Numbered from the stretch's first letter, positions 31,771 through 40,412 are shown. The stretch: 64,000 nucleotides of DNA from Archaeoglobus sp. (GCA_017656505.1 JACDNU010000005.1:14739-78738); one strand, 5' to 3'. The notes: generated by a model from the sequence alone, not told the origin. Made by a program: numbers and translations.

Positions 31771-33114
31771 CTATATCCATGCCCAACCCTCTGCGAGAAC
31801 ATGGTCATCATCAACGAATCTCACTCTAACACTTGGCATCGTCTCAAAATACTCGTACTCAGACAATTCGATCGTTTTTTTCTCCCCCGGCTCTATAATT
31901 TCTCTAACATATCCAAGATACTCCCAAGAACCTCCACCATATTTTACCTCAACTTTACCAAGATATATTGGCCAGTTTCCCTTATTTGTAGCATAAAATA
32001 TCACTTTTTTGATTACAAACTCCCCAAAAGAAGTACCACCCTCAATTTTTCCACGTTCAATTTCAATTTTCGGCTCCATTTGTTTTAAATGCCCAACTTC
32101 ACCCTTCCATACTGCAATTTGCGACCCAAAGCTTGGGTTATACTTAACAAATATTTTCTGAGCATTTTTCGGTACTTCGAAACCCACAACTAAATTTCTA
32201 TATTCTTTGGGGTATAGCTTGCCACTCCCGGTACTCCAAATCTCTGCATCATATCTTCTTCCTGATTCATCGGTTAACCAAAAGTCTGAAGTACTAATGT
32301 ATTCTTTCTCCGATCCAGTGTTCTCAACTTTTACAGTTGCAACAATGAATACGCTATCCTCCTCAGCCCAACGGTTTCCAAATTCATCAGCAATTACATT
32401 TGTTTTTATAGCTTTGACAGTCACATTCAAGTTGGATGTTTTATAACTCTCCCCTAATTCTAACTCTACTACTTCTTGTTCACTCGGTTTAGGTGTTGGT
32501 GTTCGTGTACCAATTATTTCCGGTTTTATTCTTACTCCAAAATCTTCTTTAGCCTCAATTACTCTCCCATCCGGTAAGTGAACTTTCACGTAAAGTATTC
32601 CAAATTCGTCGTCAGATTCTTTTGCCTTTATATCCTCAAATGGAACTCTTATTCCTGCACTCAGAAACATATTTCCATCTTTCCAGCTCGTTATCATTGC
32701 TTTTCCTTGGTAGATTAGCCTCCCTTTAACGGGTTTGAAATTTTCATATTCTTTAGTATAGATCTCTATGTCTACAGGTAGCGATACCCCTTCAAACATA
32801 ACTGTGTCGTCTTTCTCATCTTTAAGAGTAACATAGACAACAATCCCATCATCTTCAGCATCTTCATCCCAATTTTTCGTAAATGTAGTTATGTGCCCAG
32901 ATTTTGCCGTCTTAAGCAATTTGAGTTGTTTTTCCTTTTCTGAATCAACCATTTGAGTTTTCGAATCTGTTTGAGGGGTGCTAGTTGTTTCTTTTGCGTA
33001 TTTAGGGGGCTCCTTTTCCGCACAACCAGCCAATGCAACCAATAAGAGAACCAAGACAAAAACCACAAACCCCACGCTTATTCTCACAATACCACCCCCC
33101 TTCGACAGGTGCAT
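31771..33114 (-). CDS. Lipoprotein with DUF4352-like Ig-fold domain
   Basis: Lipobox LAGC; VKVENTGSE...SDFWLTDESGRRYD...VGFEVPK pattern. Confidence 0.72.
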   Translation of the reverse strand: MHLSKGGGIVRISVGFVVFVLVLLLVALAGCAEKEPPKYAKETTSTPQTDSKTQMVDSEKEKQLKLLKTAKSGHITTFTKNWDEDAEDDGIVVYVTLKDEKDDTVMFEGVSLPVDIEIYTKEYENFKPVKGRLIYQGKAMITSWKDGNMFLSAGIRVPFEDIKAKESDDEFGILYVKVHLPDGRVIEAKEDFGVRIKPEIIGTRTPTPKPSEQEVVELELGESYKTSNLNVTVKAIKTNVIADEFGNRWAEEDSVFIVATVKVENTGSEKEYISTSDFWLTDESGRRYDAEIWSTGSGKLYPKEYRNLVVGFEVPKNAQKIFVKYNPSFGSQIAVWKGEVGHLKQMEPKIEIERGKIEGGTSFGEFVIKKVIFYATNKGNWPIYLGKVEVKYGGGSWEYLGYVREIIEPGEKKTIELSEYEYFETMPSVRVRFVDDDHVLAEGWAWI

Positions 33115-33235
33115 TTTAGGTTAATTCTATAAAATATAAAGCTTTCTGACAAACAAAATTTATCACCATTATATTTTTCAATCAATCAATCCATTCTTTT
33201 CTAGTCAACTTTGCGCCTTTTTATTCCCCTTTTCT

Positions 33236-33751
33236 CTATTCTATTATTCTCCCATTAATCAATATTGGCAACCTCCAAGTTCCGTAATCTGTTCTCTCCC
33301 AGTAACTATCCAGAACCGCCTCGAAAGTAATCTTGTCCCCTTTAGGGTAGGACGTAAGTTTCTCCTTCTGATCAGGCAGTAATTTAACTACAACTGTACT
33401 TGATGCTGCAACGCCCGTAAACCTCACAATCATCTTGTCCCCTTTTTCTGATACCGAGTCAACCTGACCGCTCCATTTTACGCACTTCCCTTTATATTCC
33501 TTGAACTTCTCTTTCTTCTGCAATGACGTGTACTTACTATAAGGCGAGAACATCTTCCAAAAATCATAAAATTTCAAATCGATGCATTCCATGTTTTCAG
33601 TTGCCGTAGGTGTTGCAGTCTGCGTTTTATTTCCCCCACCAAACAAAATCCCCAACACAATCAAAGCAACAAAAATGTAAACAACATACCCAAACCAACG
33701 CACAATCCTCCTCTTACTCCCTATCAACGGTAATTTCTGCCTTACCCCCAT
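33236..33751 (-). CDS. Membrane-anchored protein with OB-fold-like domain
   Basis: N-terminal TM helix, Thr-rich linker, YKGKCVKWSGQVDSV...KGDKITFEAVL. Confidence 0.6.
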   Translation of the reverse strand: MGVRQKLPLIGSKRRIVRWFGYVVYIFVALIVLGILFGGGNKTQTATPTATENMECIDLKFYDFWKMFSPYSKYTSLQKKEKFKEYKGKCVKWSGQVDSVSEKGDKMIVRFTGVAASSTVVVKLLPDQKEKLTSYPKGDKITFEAVLDSYWERTDYGTWRLPILINGRIIE

Positions 33752-33812
33752 GACGTATATCTGATTTTTCTGTTATATAGTTTTTACCCAACATATTAGT
33801 ATCTAATGTTCA

Positions 33813-34040
33813 ATGTCAATTGTAAGCAAAACAAAACTCGCAATTCTAAAAGAACTATCAAAACAACCACTTCATGGTTATGCTCTTTCTAAAAAGCTCA
33901 ATGTTACCATTTCCTCCGTCTATGCCCACCTTTCTGAACTTGAGGAGTATGGTTTCGTTACCCACCAAACGTCAGATAGGCGCAAACTCTACTCCCTCAC
34001 AACTAAAGGTAAAAAATTGCTTCAATTATTATCAAAATAA
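33813..34040 (+). CDS. PadR/ArsR-like winged-helix regulator
   Basis: PLHGYALSKKL...SSVYAHLSELEEYGFV...RKLYSLTTKG; divergent from the cargo operon. Confidence 0.85.
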   Translation: MSIVSKTKLAILKELSKQPLHGYALSKKLNVTISSVYAHLSELEEYGFVTHQTSDRRKLYSLTTKGKKLLQLLSK

Positions 34041-34086
34041 TTTCCCATCCCACTATCCCTTGCTCCTCTCAATTTTATTCACAATG

Positions 34087-34410
34087 CTATTCAACCGGTA
34101 TCCGATTCTCTGGGGATATATCCCACCACTTACTGGGACTTTCGATCTCATAAACTGCTCTTGGGTATAGAGCAACACATACGTACCCGTGGACTGGGCA
34201 GTCATTGCGTATAACAGGTGGGTGAGGGCATATACATTTACCCTCTCTCCTCACAAAAGCGTAGCCAATAAACACTTGGAAAGGCATATCCGGATGGGGA
34301 CCATGAACCTCCCATACCGCTTCCGTATCCATAACTAACCCCCGTTTTTTCAGTCTTCTTTTAATCTTCCTAACTATTTCAACATCGTAATCCAAATCAA
34401 GAAACCCCAT
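34087..34410 (-). CDS. Hypothetical protein with CxC...CPxH putative Zn site
   Basis: KCICPHPPVIRNDCPVHG; start moved to ATG 34410 after a G-rich RBS. Confidence 0.55.
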   Translation of the reverse strand: MGFLDLDYDVEIVRKIKRRLKKRGLVMDTEAVWEVHGPHPDMPFQVFIGYAFVRREGKCICPHPPVIRNDCPVHGYVCVALYPRAVYEIESPSKWWDISPENRIPVE

Positions 34411-34481
34411 CTCAACCACCCCCATCAACTTCTTTATTTTGTGATTTTTTATTTTTTCCATACTCTCTTTCATCCATAATT

Positions 34482-34507
34482 AATACCCCTTGGATCCACA
34501 GGCATTC
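34482..34507. repeat. 26-bp direct repeat, copy 2
   Basis: Identical to 31328-31353. Confidence 0.9.
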
Positions 34508-34518
34508 GATACTTGCAT

Positions 34519-34776
34519 TTACCACACCTGTCCATTCATTCTGAATCTCTTCCCGAAACTTTCAACAACCCACCAGTCAATATTCCCATTCCAGCTTTCC
34601 CCGCCTTGCCTCAATAACAGCATCGCATCAGCAATAAACATCGCATCCCAATCCCTATTCTCTTCCACTGCCTTCTTGAATTCATTATACAACCCGTCCA
34701 GCCTACCCTCTTTTTTCTTTATCGCCTTCTCCATTCTCTCTTTCCCGCCTTGAACTAACTCTTTTATTTTCACCAT
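34519..34776 (-). CDS. Hypothetical protein overlapping the terL stop
   Basis: 85-aa ORF starting within the last codons of terL (translational coupling). Confidence 0.55.
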   Translation of the reverse strand: MVKIKELVQGGKERMEKAIKKKEGRLDGLYNEFKKAVEENRDWDAMFIADAMLLLRQGGESWNGNIDWWVVESFGKRFRMNGQVW

Positions 34777-36248
34777 AAAGCCCCAGCCCCAACAAGCTCA
34801 TCTAAATTCATAAAATCAGCAACCGAGCACCTACCACTATTGAAGCCATACAGACTCAGAGCCAGAGCGTCAACAATGTCGCTCTCAAAATTTCTCAGCT
34901 TTATTACATCTTTCCCGCCATCTGCCCTATATTTCACCTTGAAAGCGTTAAATTGTTGCCTTAGCCGTTCATCTCTCAATAGAAATAGTCCACCCTCCTC
35001 GATCTGATATTTCAAATTGTCATACAAATTAAATCTCTCTTTTCTCTTGCCAAAATTAAATCCAACCACGCTAATACCCTTATCCTCTAATCTTTCTTTT
35101 AGTACGTCATGCACCCCACTACCAAGCCCGGTCTCGTCTATCACTACTTTACTCGCCTTGAATTTCTTAACCAAGTTCTCCAGCCAGCCAAGCTGCCAAC
35201 TTAATCCTTTTTTTGAAACAGTTCGGTAATCTATCATGTAATAGCTCCCTTCTAATCGACCCAAAACCACCACCGCAGTCTTTGAACTTCCATGCCTCGC
35301 AATATCGCAGCCCAGCACTATCTCGTCAAAGTAATTCAAACTCTTGTTATCATAGCTCTTCTTTTCTACCACCATCTTCTCTCTTACCCTTGCCATATCA
35401 AAAAAGTCATCTTCTGAAATATCTCTCCATTGGCAATTATACCAAATGTCAAATTCGTCCTCACTTAATTGCTTTCTCACAAAATCAACTTCATCCTTGC
35501 TCATTATTCCCTCTTTCACAGCATCTCGCCAAGTTATCCGGTATTTTTCAAAATCGCCACTGTTCCAAGCATCCCAAAGGTAGGAATCTTTAATGTGCGG
35601 CGTTCCAATCGTAAATAACAAGTTTTTACCTTCTTTTTTCGTCATCAGCATTCTTAAAATTCTCTGTTTGATTACATCTCTTGGTGTCGAACCCGCCTCG
35701 TCAACAATAACCACATCCGCACCGTATCCCAAAAGTCCCTCAGGGTTGGTTGCACTCAAACATAAAATCTTACTCCCGTTCTTAAGCTCTATCCGCCCAT
35801 TATGCCTCTGGATTCTTCTAACCGCTCTCCATAATTTCTTGTTTCTCCATAAGTAGCCATCAATCCTCTCAAAAATCCCCTCAATCGCCTGTCTGTATAT
35901 TGGTGCAATTATCACAATCTGCGTTGCTGGTCTCAATAAAGCAAGCAATAGCCCTAACACACTAACAAGTTCAGTCTTGCCCCCCCTTGTGCAACTTATA
36001 ATACAATATTTTCCACTTCCACTCCCCAAGCCAAAAGCATCCCTCAAAACTGTTTCTGAAATCTGTCGCTGGTATTTCGTCAATTCTAATGGCTGTCCGT
36101 CTGGTCGTATCAGATTGGCAGATATCCACGAATTCAAAATCCTCTCAATCCGAGCCTCACTAAGTCGAATCGCTTTCATTTTCTCAATCAATATTTCTCT
36201 TTTATTCAATCTCTTCAAATAAATCGGGTATGCCATCGTCATCCTCAT
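34770..36248 (-). CDS. terL: Terminase large subunit
   Basis: Q motif LTKYQ, Walker A TRGGKT, Walker B VVIVDEAG, motif III IGTP, RNase H-like GCDIA, VIDETGLG, DIVDALAL. Confidence 0.9.
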   Translation of the reverse strand: MRMTMAYPIYLKRLNKREILIEKMKAIRLSEARIERILNSWISANLIRPDGQPLELTKYQRQISETVLRDAFGLGSGSGKYCIISCTRGGKTELVSVLGLLLALLRPATQIVIIAPIYRQAIEGIFERIDGYLWRNKKLWRAVRRIQRHNGRIELKNGSKILCLSATNPEGLLGYGADVVIVDEAGSTPRDVIKQRILRMLMTKKEGKNLLFTIGTPHIKDSYLWDAWNSGDFEKYRITWRDAVKEGIMSKDEVDFVRKQLSEDEFDIWYNCQWRDISEDDFFDMARVREKMVVEKKSYDNKSLNYFDEIVLGCDIARHGSSKTAVVVLGRLEGSYYMIDYRTVSKKGLSWQLGWLENLVKKFKASKVVIDETGLGSGVHDVLKERLEDKGISVVGFNFGKRKERFNLYDNLKYQIEEGGLFLLRDERLRQQFNAFKVKYRADGGKDVIKLRNFESDIVDALALSLYGFNSGRCSVADFMNLDELVGAGALW

Positions 36249-36384
36249 TATTTTTCAAATCTACTCTCAACTCGCTCAATATTCGATTGTAAGTCTCAAT
36301 TGCTCTTATGTCCCCATTCTCAACATGCTCCTCTAAAGCCTCCAGCAATTTTCTTCTCTCCTTTACTATTTCATCAATATTCAA
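36202..36384 (-). CDS. Small helical protein immediately upstream of terL
   Basis: 60-aa ORF overlapping both neighbours; acidic tail; occupies the usual small-terminase position. Confidence 0.5.
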   Translation of the reverse strand: MNIDEIVKERRKLLEALEEHVENGDIRAIETYNRILSELRVDLKNNEDDDGIPDLFEEIE

Positions 36385-36716
36385 TTTTGAGCCTCCTCGC
36401 TCAGCAGTTTTTTTATTAGCACCTGAATCATCTTAGATCGTGATATGCCGATTTCTCCACATAGATCTCCGAAACGCTCCCAAACATCTCGCTCCACAAA
36501 GAATGTAGTCTTTCTCCAATTACCCCCTTTAGCAAAAACTTCGCCGTCCTCGCCACACATCTCCAAAAAACTCGATATCGTAGCCCGGATTACCTCGCTC
36601 TTCTCAAGTTTATTCGAAATTGCAAACCGATCAAGCTCATCAGCAAGTTCTGGATCGATCGACATACTCACAAGTTTCGCATCTTTCAGCTTTTTCAGTC
36701 TGCCCATTTGTATCAC
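36381..36716 (-). CDS. Tandem ribbon-helix-helix (CopG-like) DNA-binding protein
   Basis: Two RHH units: VSMSIDPELADELD...KSEVIRA and TTFFVERDVWERF...SRSKMIQ. Confidence 0.8.
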   Translation of the reverse strand: MIQMGRLKKLKDAKLVSMSIDPELADELDRFAISNKLEKSEVIRATISSFLEMCGEDGEVFAKGGNWRKTTFFVERDVWERFGDLCGEIGISRSKMIQVLIKKLLSEEAQN

Positions 36717-38299
36717 CCCACCCTCACCAAATTAAACTCATCTCGCACTTTCTTTTTCTTGCCTGCCGAACCATTAGCATCCCCTACTAAAACCGCAATC
36801 TCACGCCTCAATCGCTCCTTTTTTGCTTCTGCGCGTTGAATTCGATCAACCTCGCCAATCGTCATCTCTCCCTGTAAGGCCTTTTGTAACACTTCTTTAA
36901 TCGTCATATCCTTCTTCGCTTCCAACGCTCGCAACTCTTTCTCCAATCTTCTTATTTTGCCGATATTATCCAACGTTTTAATAATCTCACTCATATCTGC
37001 TCCTTTTAACGCAGCTTTAGCCAAATCTCTGCTCTTACCGTATTTCTGTGCTAATCTAACCTCCTTTCGAACGCCTTGAGCCATCTTTTCAAGTCTTTTG
37101 CCCACTTTATCCAATCGACTTATCTCATCTTGGTATAACGAAACCGTTTCAATCAACTGTTTGACGGCGTCCGCCAGCATGGCCACTTTTGAAAGCAGCT
37201 CATCAACTTTCTCATTTAAAAAACTCTCATTCAAATTCTCACCCCCCATAACTTTTCCAACAAGGCCAAAACGGCCACTTTCATCTAAAACAAACATCTT
37301 CCAACCCATCTTCTTACTGAACTCGCTTACTATACTCCCAACATTTCTTCCAATATTCTTGCCAATGACCTTAACTAAGTCTAAAACTTTCCTGCAACCC
37401 TTCAATATCGATTTAAAGCCTGATTTCACCCGTGATTGACCACCACCCTGATCTTGGAATTCCAAATCATCATCAATACACAACTCAAAAGCCTCAACCT
37501 CAATTAGCGCATCTATTAATGCAAATATATCGTTCTGATTGCCTTTTTCCTGCTTTGCTCGCCTCAATGCAAAGAGTATGTTTCTTATCGGATACCCAAG
37601 CAACTTATTAAGCAAAAGCCCAATCTTCAAAATAGCTCGTTCAAGATATTCACGCCAATTCTTTCTCGTAACTTTCTTATGACCGAGTGATAGGTAATTA
37701 ATGTCTGCCTCTTCCAGCAATTCCTTAGCGCCCTTGGTTCTTCTTAAATCCACACTATGGTGCAATATCTTTATCCCATCTTTCCCATATTTAGAAACTG
37801 CCTTTTCAAACCTTGGAATCACTCGTTTCTCTACAACTGTACGGTCAATCTGTCCGCTGCCCCAGTTACGGGATTCTATGTAAATTGGTGTTCCGTTATA
37901 TTCGCACCTTACATCAACTCCATTCCCAATCTCCAGCCCAACATGCTCAATATTGTCCAAACCCAAATACTGGCAAGCTTGCTCATCCAAAAGTTCCTGA
38001 TGCAACCCATCTTTGATATCGTGAGCGCTTACTTTAACCCCCAATTTTTTTGCGTAATTTCGAACAGTATTAGGATCAACAACAACCCCAAAGAGCTTAT
38101 CTAGCTCTCTAGCCGCCCCAGTATAGCCAAATTTATTAATTAGTTCTCTAATTAGTTTTTTTAATTCATTTTTTGGAAGGGGAATGTCATCTAACTTACT
38201 CGGTCTGCCCCGCCCTTCTTTTTTCCTCTTTCTATTATTCGATATTGTATCGACCATAATATCAACTCCACTAACCAGTGCAACGGTAGTCAGCCCCAA
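36713..38299 (-). CDS. Multidomain protein: N-terminal HTH, PD-(D/E)xK-like nuclease, C-terminal coiled coil
   Basis: GRGRPSKLD...GYTGAARELD...PNTVRNYAKKLG; GVDVRCEYNGTPIYIESRNW; heptad-rich C-terminus; GGAGG RBS before TTG. Confidence 0.65.
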   Translation of the reverse strand: MGLTTVALVSGVDIMVDTISNNRKRKKEGRGRPSKLDDIPLPKNELKKLIRELINKFGYTGAARELDKLFGVVVDPNTVRNYAKKLGVKVSAHDIKDGLHQELLDEQACQYLGLDNIEHVGLEIGNGVDVRCEYNGTPIYIESRNWGSGQIDRTVVEKRVIPRFEKAVSKYGKDGIKILHHSVDLRRTKGAKELLEEADINYLSLGHKKVTRKNWREYLERAILKIGLLLNKLLGYPIRNILFALRRAKQEKGNQNDIFALIDALIEVEAFELCIDDDLEFQDQGGGQSRVKSGFKSILKGCRKVLDLVKVIGKNIGRNVGSIVSEFSKKMGWKMFVLDESGRFGLVGKVMGGENLNESFLNEKVDELLSKVAMLADAVKQLIETVSLYQDEISRLDKVGKRLEKMAQGVRKEVRLAQKYGKSRDLAKAALKGADMSEIIKTLDNIGKIRRLEKELRALEAKKDMTIKEVLQKALQGEMTIGEVDRIQRAEAKKERLRREIAVLVGDANGSAGKKKKVRDEFNLVRVG

Positions 38300-38656
38300 A
38301 ATAGCCTCCTGCGGGGCCCACTCCTCCTAAACGTTCACTCTATTCTACATCAACTTTTATATTTCGATATATATCTGTTACTAATATAGTATCAGTTGAG
38401 GCGATATTTAAGTTTTTCTCGGTTGTGCATGCTCCATTTTCCAAAATCGGTTTACAGGTTATTTATCTGCCAGTTGCAAAATATATAAACGTTTCTATTT
38501 CTCAAATTACATTGTCAAATAGCATCCCTATTTTTCTTACAATGTAAAGTAAAAGATTATCAAAATTTTACAAAAATCCAAACCCATCTTTTTATTTGTA
38601 TTACATTCATCAATAATTTCCCTCCGCCCAATACCTACAGTATACTAAGCCCTCAG

Positions 38657-38946
38657 TCGGTATTCACGCCTCCACATTATCGTAAATATACCAACCATCC
38701 CCATCCTCCCATGCCCCTCTTATTATATCGGTATTTTGCCCACCTGATCTCTTCTGTCGGTATTGTTTTCCCGAATTCACGCCGTTATCTTTCAGTATAT
38801 GGTTTCGCCGGTGTTCAGCTTGCCCAATTACTTCCACAATCCAATATAAGATTTTATCTTCCTGTTCCATAATTATTCCGGTATCTGTTTAGCTTGCCGC
38901 ATTTCCGATTTCCCCGCACTCCCACCATCTCCTCAATTTCGGTATT
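38657..38946. repeat. Cluster of TCGGTATT iteron-like octamers
   Basis: Exact copies at 38657, 38728, 38757 and 38939; variants at about 38808 and at 38878. Confidence 0.6.
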
Positions 38947-39108
38947 TTTCAGCATCCCAGCCCCCCAAACCTCAATTTTCTTATATATACGGCGCCGGGC
39001 AAAGTAACAAAATAGATAGTAAGTACAATAGAGTGGGTGGTGGGTGTTAATAATAAAACAAATCATTAAGGCTAAACGTACTTTACTTACTAACAATACA
39101 TGAAAAAA

Positions 39109-39895
39109 TTAATTGATGATGGTTTGTAACGTTGGTGCAACTTTTTTGTATTCCCGTAATGCGTTGTTCATGAGCTCAAGATAGTGTGTTGCTAGGGTTG
39201 ATTTAGTAGAGTGTCCCATCAAAAATTCAATTGTTGGTTGTGTAACGCCAAGCTGTAACAGTTTATTTGCGAACCAGTTCCTGCAATGTTTTGGTTTCAT
39301 TTTATGTGTCCAGTTCTTGTAGAGTATGCGCTCACTAATGTAAATTTGATCTAATTGCTTTGCAAAGCTTGCTGGCATGAATAGCTTGTTTGCTCGCTTA
39401 TTGTGTCTGATCCAGTTCATATCATAAAATGCCACGCCATCAACAAAGTGCAGCTTGCTCGGTTCAAATTCTGTTAGCACCTTTATACCCTCTATAACCC
39501 TGCATCCTGAGTACAGCATTAGCTTGATCAGTGTTTTGACTCTATGATCCTTTATTGCAGCAAGGGTTTCTTTAACCTCGGTATCGGTTGGCAGGTATAC
39601 GTCAAAGCCAGTCCTTTTCAATTTAAGAACGCTCTTCAGTTCAGCAGCTTGTTCTTTAGTAACGATCCCCTTCTGCATGCAGTAATTGATTAAGTTCCTT
39701 AGACTCCGAGCGTACCAGTTCCAACTTTTTACGTGCTTGGCAATCTCAAGAATGTCATCAATATTTCTAATTACGGTACCACTCAAATACCGGTTCAAAT
39801 CGTTAATGTAATGGCGTGCAGTACCCTTTTCTACTCTGGCATGTATCCACTTTACGAAATCTTGCTTTACAGCATCGTAATCAATTAAAACAGCA
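39109..39895 (-). CDS. C-terminal catalytic fragment of split tyrosine integrase (IntC)
   Basis: Open from the att site; YSGCR, KHCR, LMGH and THY catalytic residues; the ORF track calls it from TTG 39798. Confidence 0.92.
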
Positions 39896-39939
39896 TCGGG
39901 AAGCCCCTGTCCTGCCGCTAGACTACGACCGCTTGTGAT
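39896..39939. repeat. att site, right copy (44 bp; tRNA-Gly 5' half)
   Basis: Identical to 30426-30469. Confidence 0.96.
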
Positions 39940-39958
39940 TGTTTTCTTAGGTATCTAT

Positions 39959-39967
39959 GTAAATAAA
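39959..39967 (-). promoter_or_regulatory. Putative original host tRNA-Gly TATA box, now upstream of the tRNA fragment and intC
   Basis: Minus strand TTTATTTAC ends 26 nt before the tRNA 5' G of the right att copy. Confidence 0.45.
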
Positions 39968-40130
39968 CATTACTGTAATTACTGTAGTTAAATTTATCAC
40001 ACTCAAACCTTCCACCATCTTTCTGCTTTCTCAATTTTTCTGTACACCATGGTGCACTACCGCTCTACTCTGTTGCCCTTTCCGATCTACCCTAGCTGAT
40101 TTACCCTGATATTCTGTTCTCCCAAATGTT

Positions 40131-40412
40131 TCACTTTAAAGTTTCCCTTATGTACATCTTAACACATGCTCGGTTTTCAAGTATGTGTAGCAAAATGAGA
40201 ACTACTGCGATGATAGTCGTGTATGTGTGTAAATCTTTCCAGAAGTCTTTATCGAACCCTAATATGATGAGCTGCCCGGCTCTCGGTCCGCGAGGCCAGA
40301 AGTAAAGCAGCAAACCAGTAAACATCGTTACTATTCCTCCAGCGAGCATCGTATAGAATAATAGGATTCTCTTCAACTTTCTAAGGCTCATGCTCCAATT
40401 AGTTTTCATCAC
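40131..40412 (-). CDS. DUF4405-like small membrane protein
   Basis: TGLLLYFWP, WKDLH, LILLHI heme-ligand-like His pattern. Confidence 0.75.
   Translation of the reverse strand: MMKTNWSMSLRKLKRILLFYTMLAGGIVTMFTGLLLYFWPRGPRAGQLIILGFDKDFWKDLHTYTTIIAVVLILLHILENRACVKMYIRETLK

Larger units (their letters stand above)
30426..39939. mobile_element. Integrated element (9514 bp including both att copies) in tRNA-Gly, with split tyrosine integrase and terminase
   Basis: Perfect 44-bp direct repeats at both ends; integrase halves abut each repeat; visibly AT-richer sequence; virus-type genes inside. Confidence 0.93.

Noticed and set aside
31321..34512. CRISPR array
   Set aside because: Only two repeat copies about 3.15 kb apart with genes between them; no repeat-spacer periodicity anywhere in the window. 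Kept only as a solitary-repeat hypothesis.
38664..39096. Two short minus-strand ORFs (68 and 80 aa)
   Set aside because: Atypical composition, no motifs, overlap the octamer cluster; more likely non-coding, though not excluded.
39896..39939. Second tRNA-Gly gene
   Set aside because: Only the 5' half up to the anticodon loop; no T-arm or 3' acceptor strand. It is the att duplicate.
30426..39939. Complete provirus
   Set aside because: No recognisable portal, capsid, tail or spindle-virus structural genes, and too small for a tailed virus.
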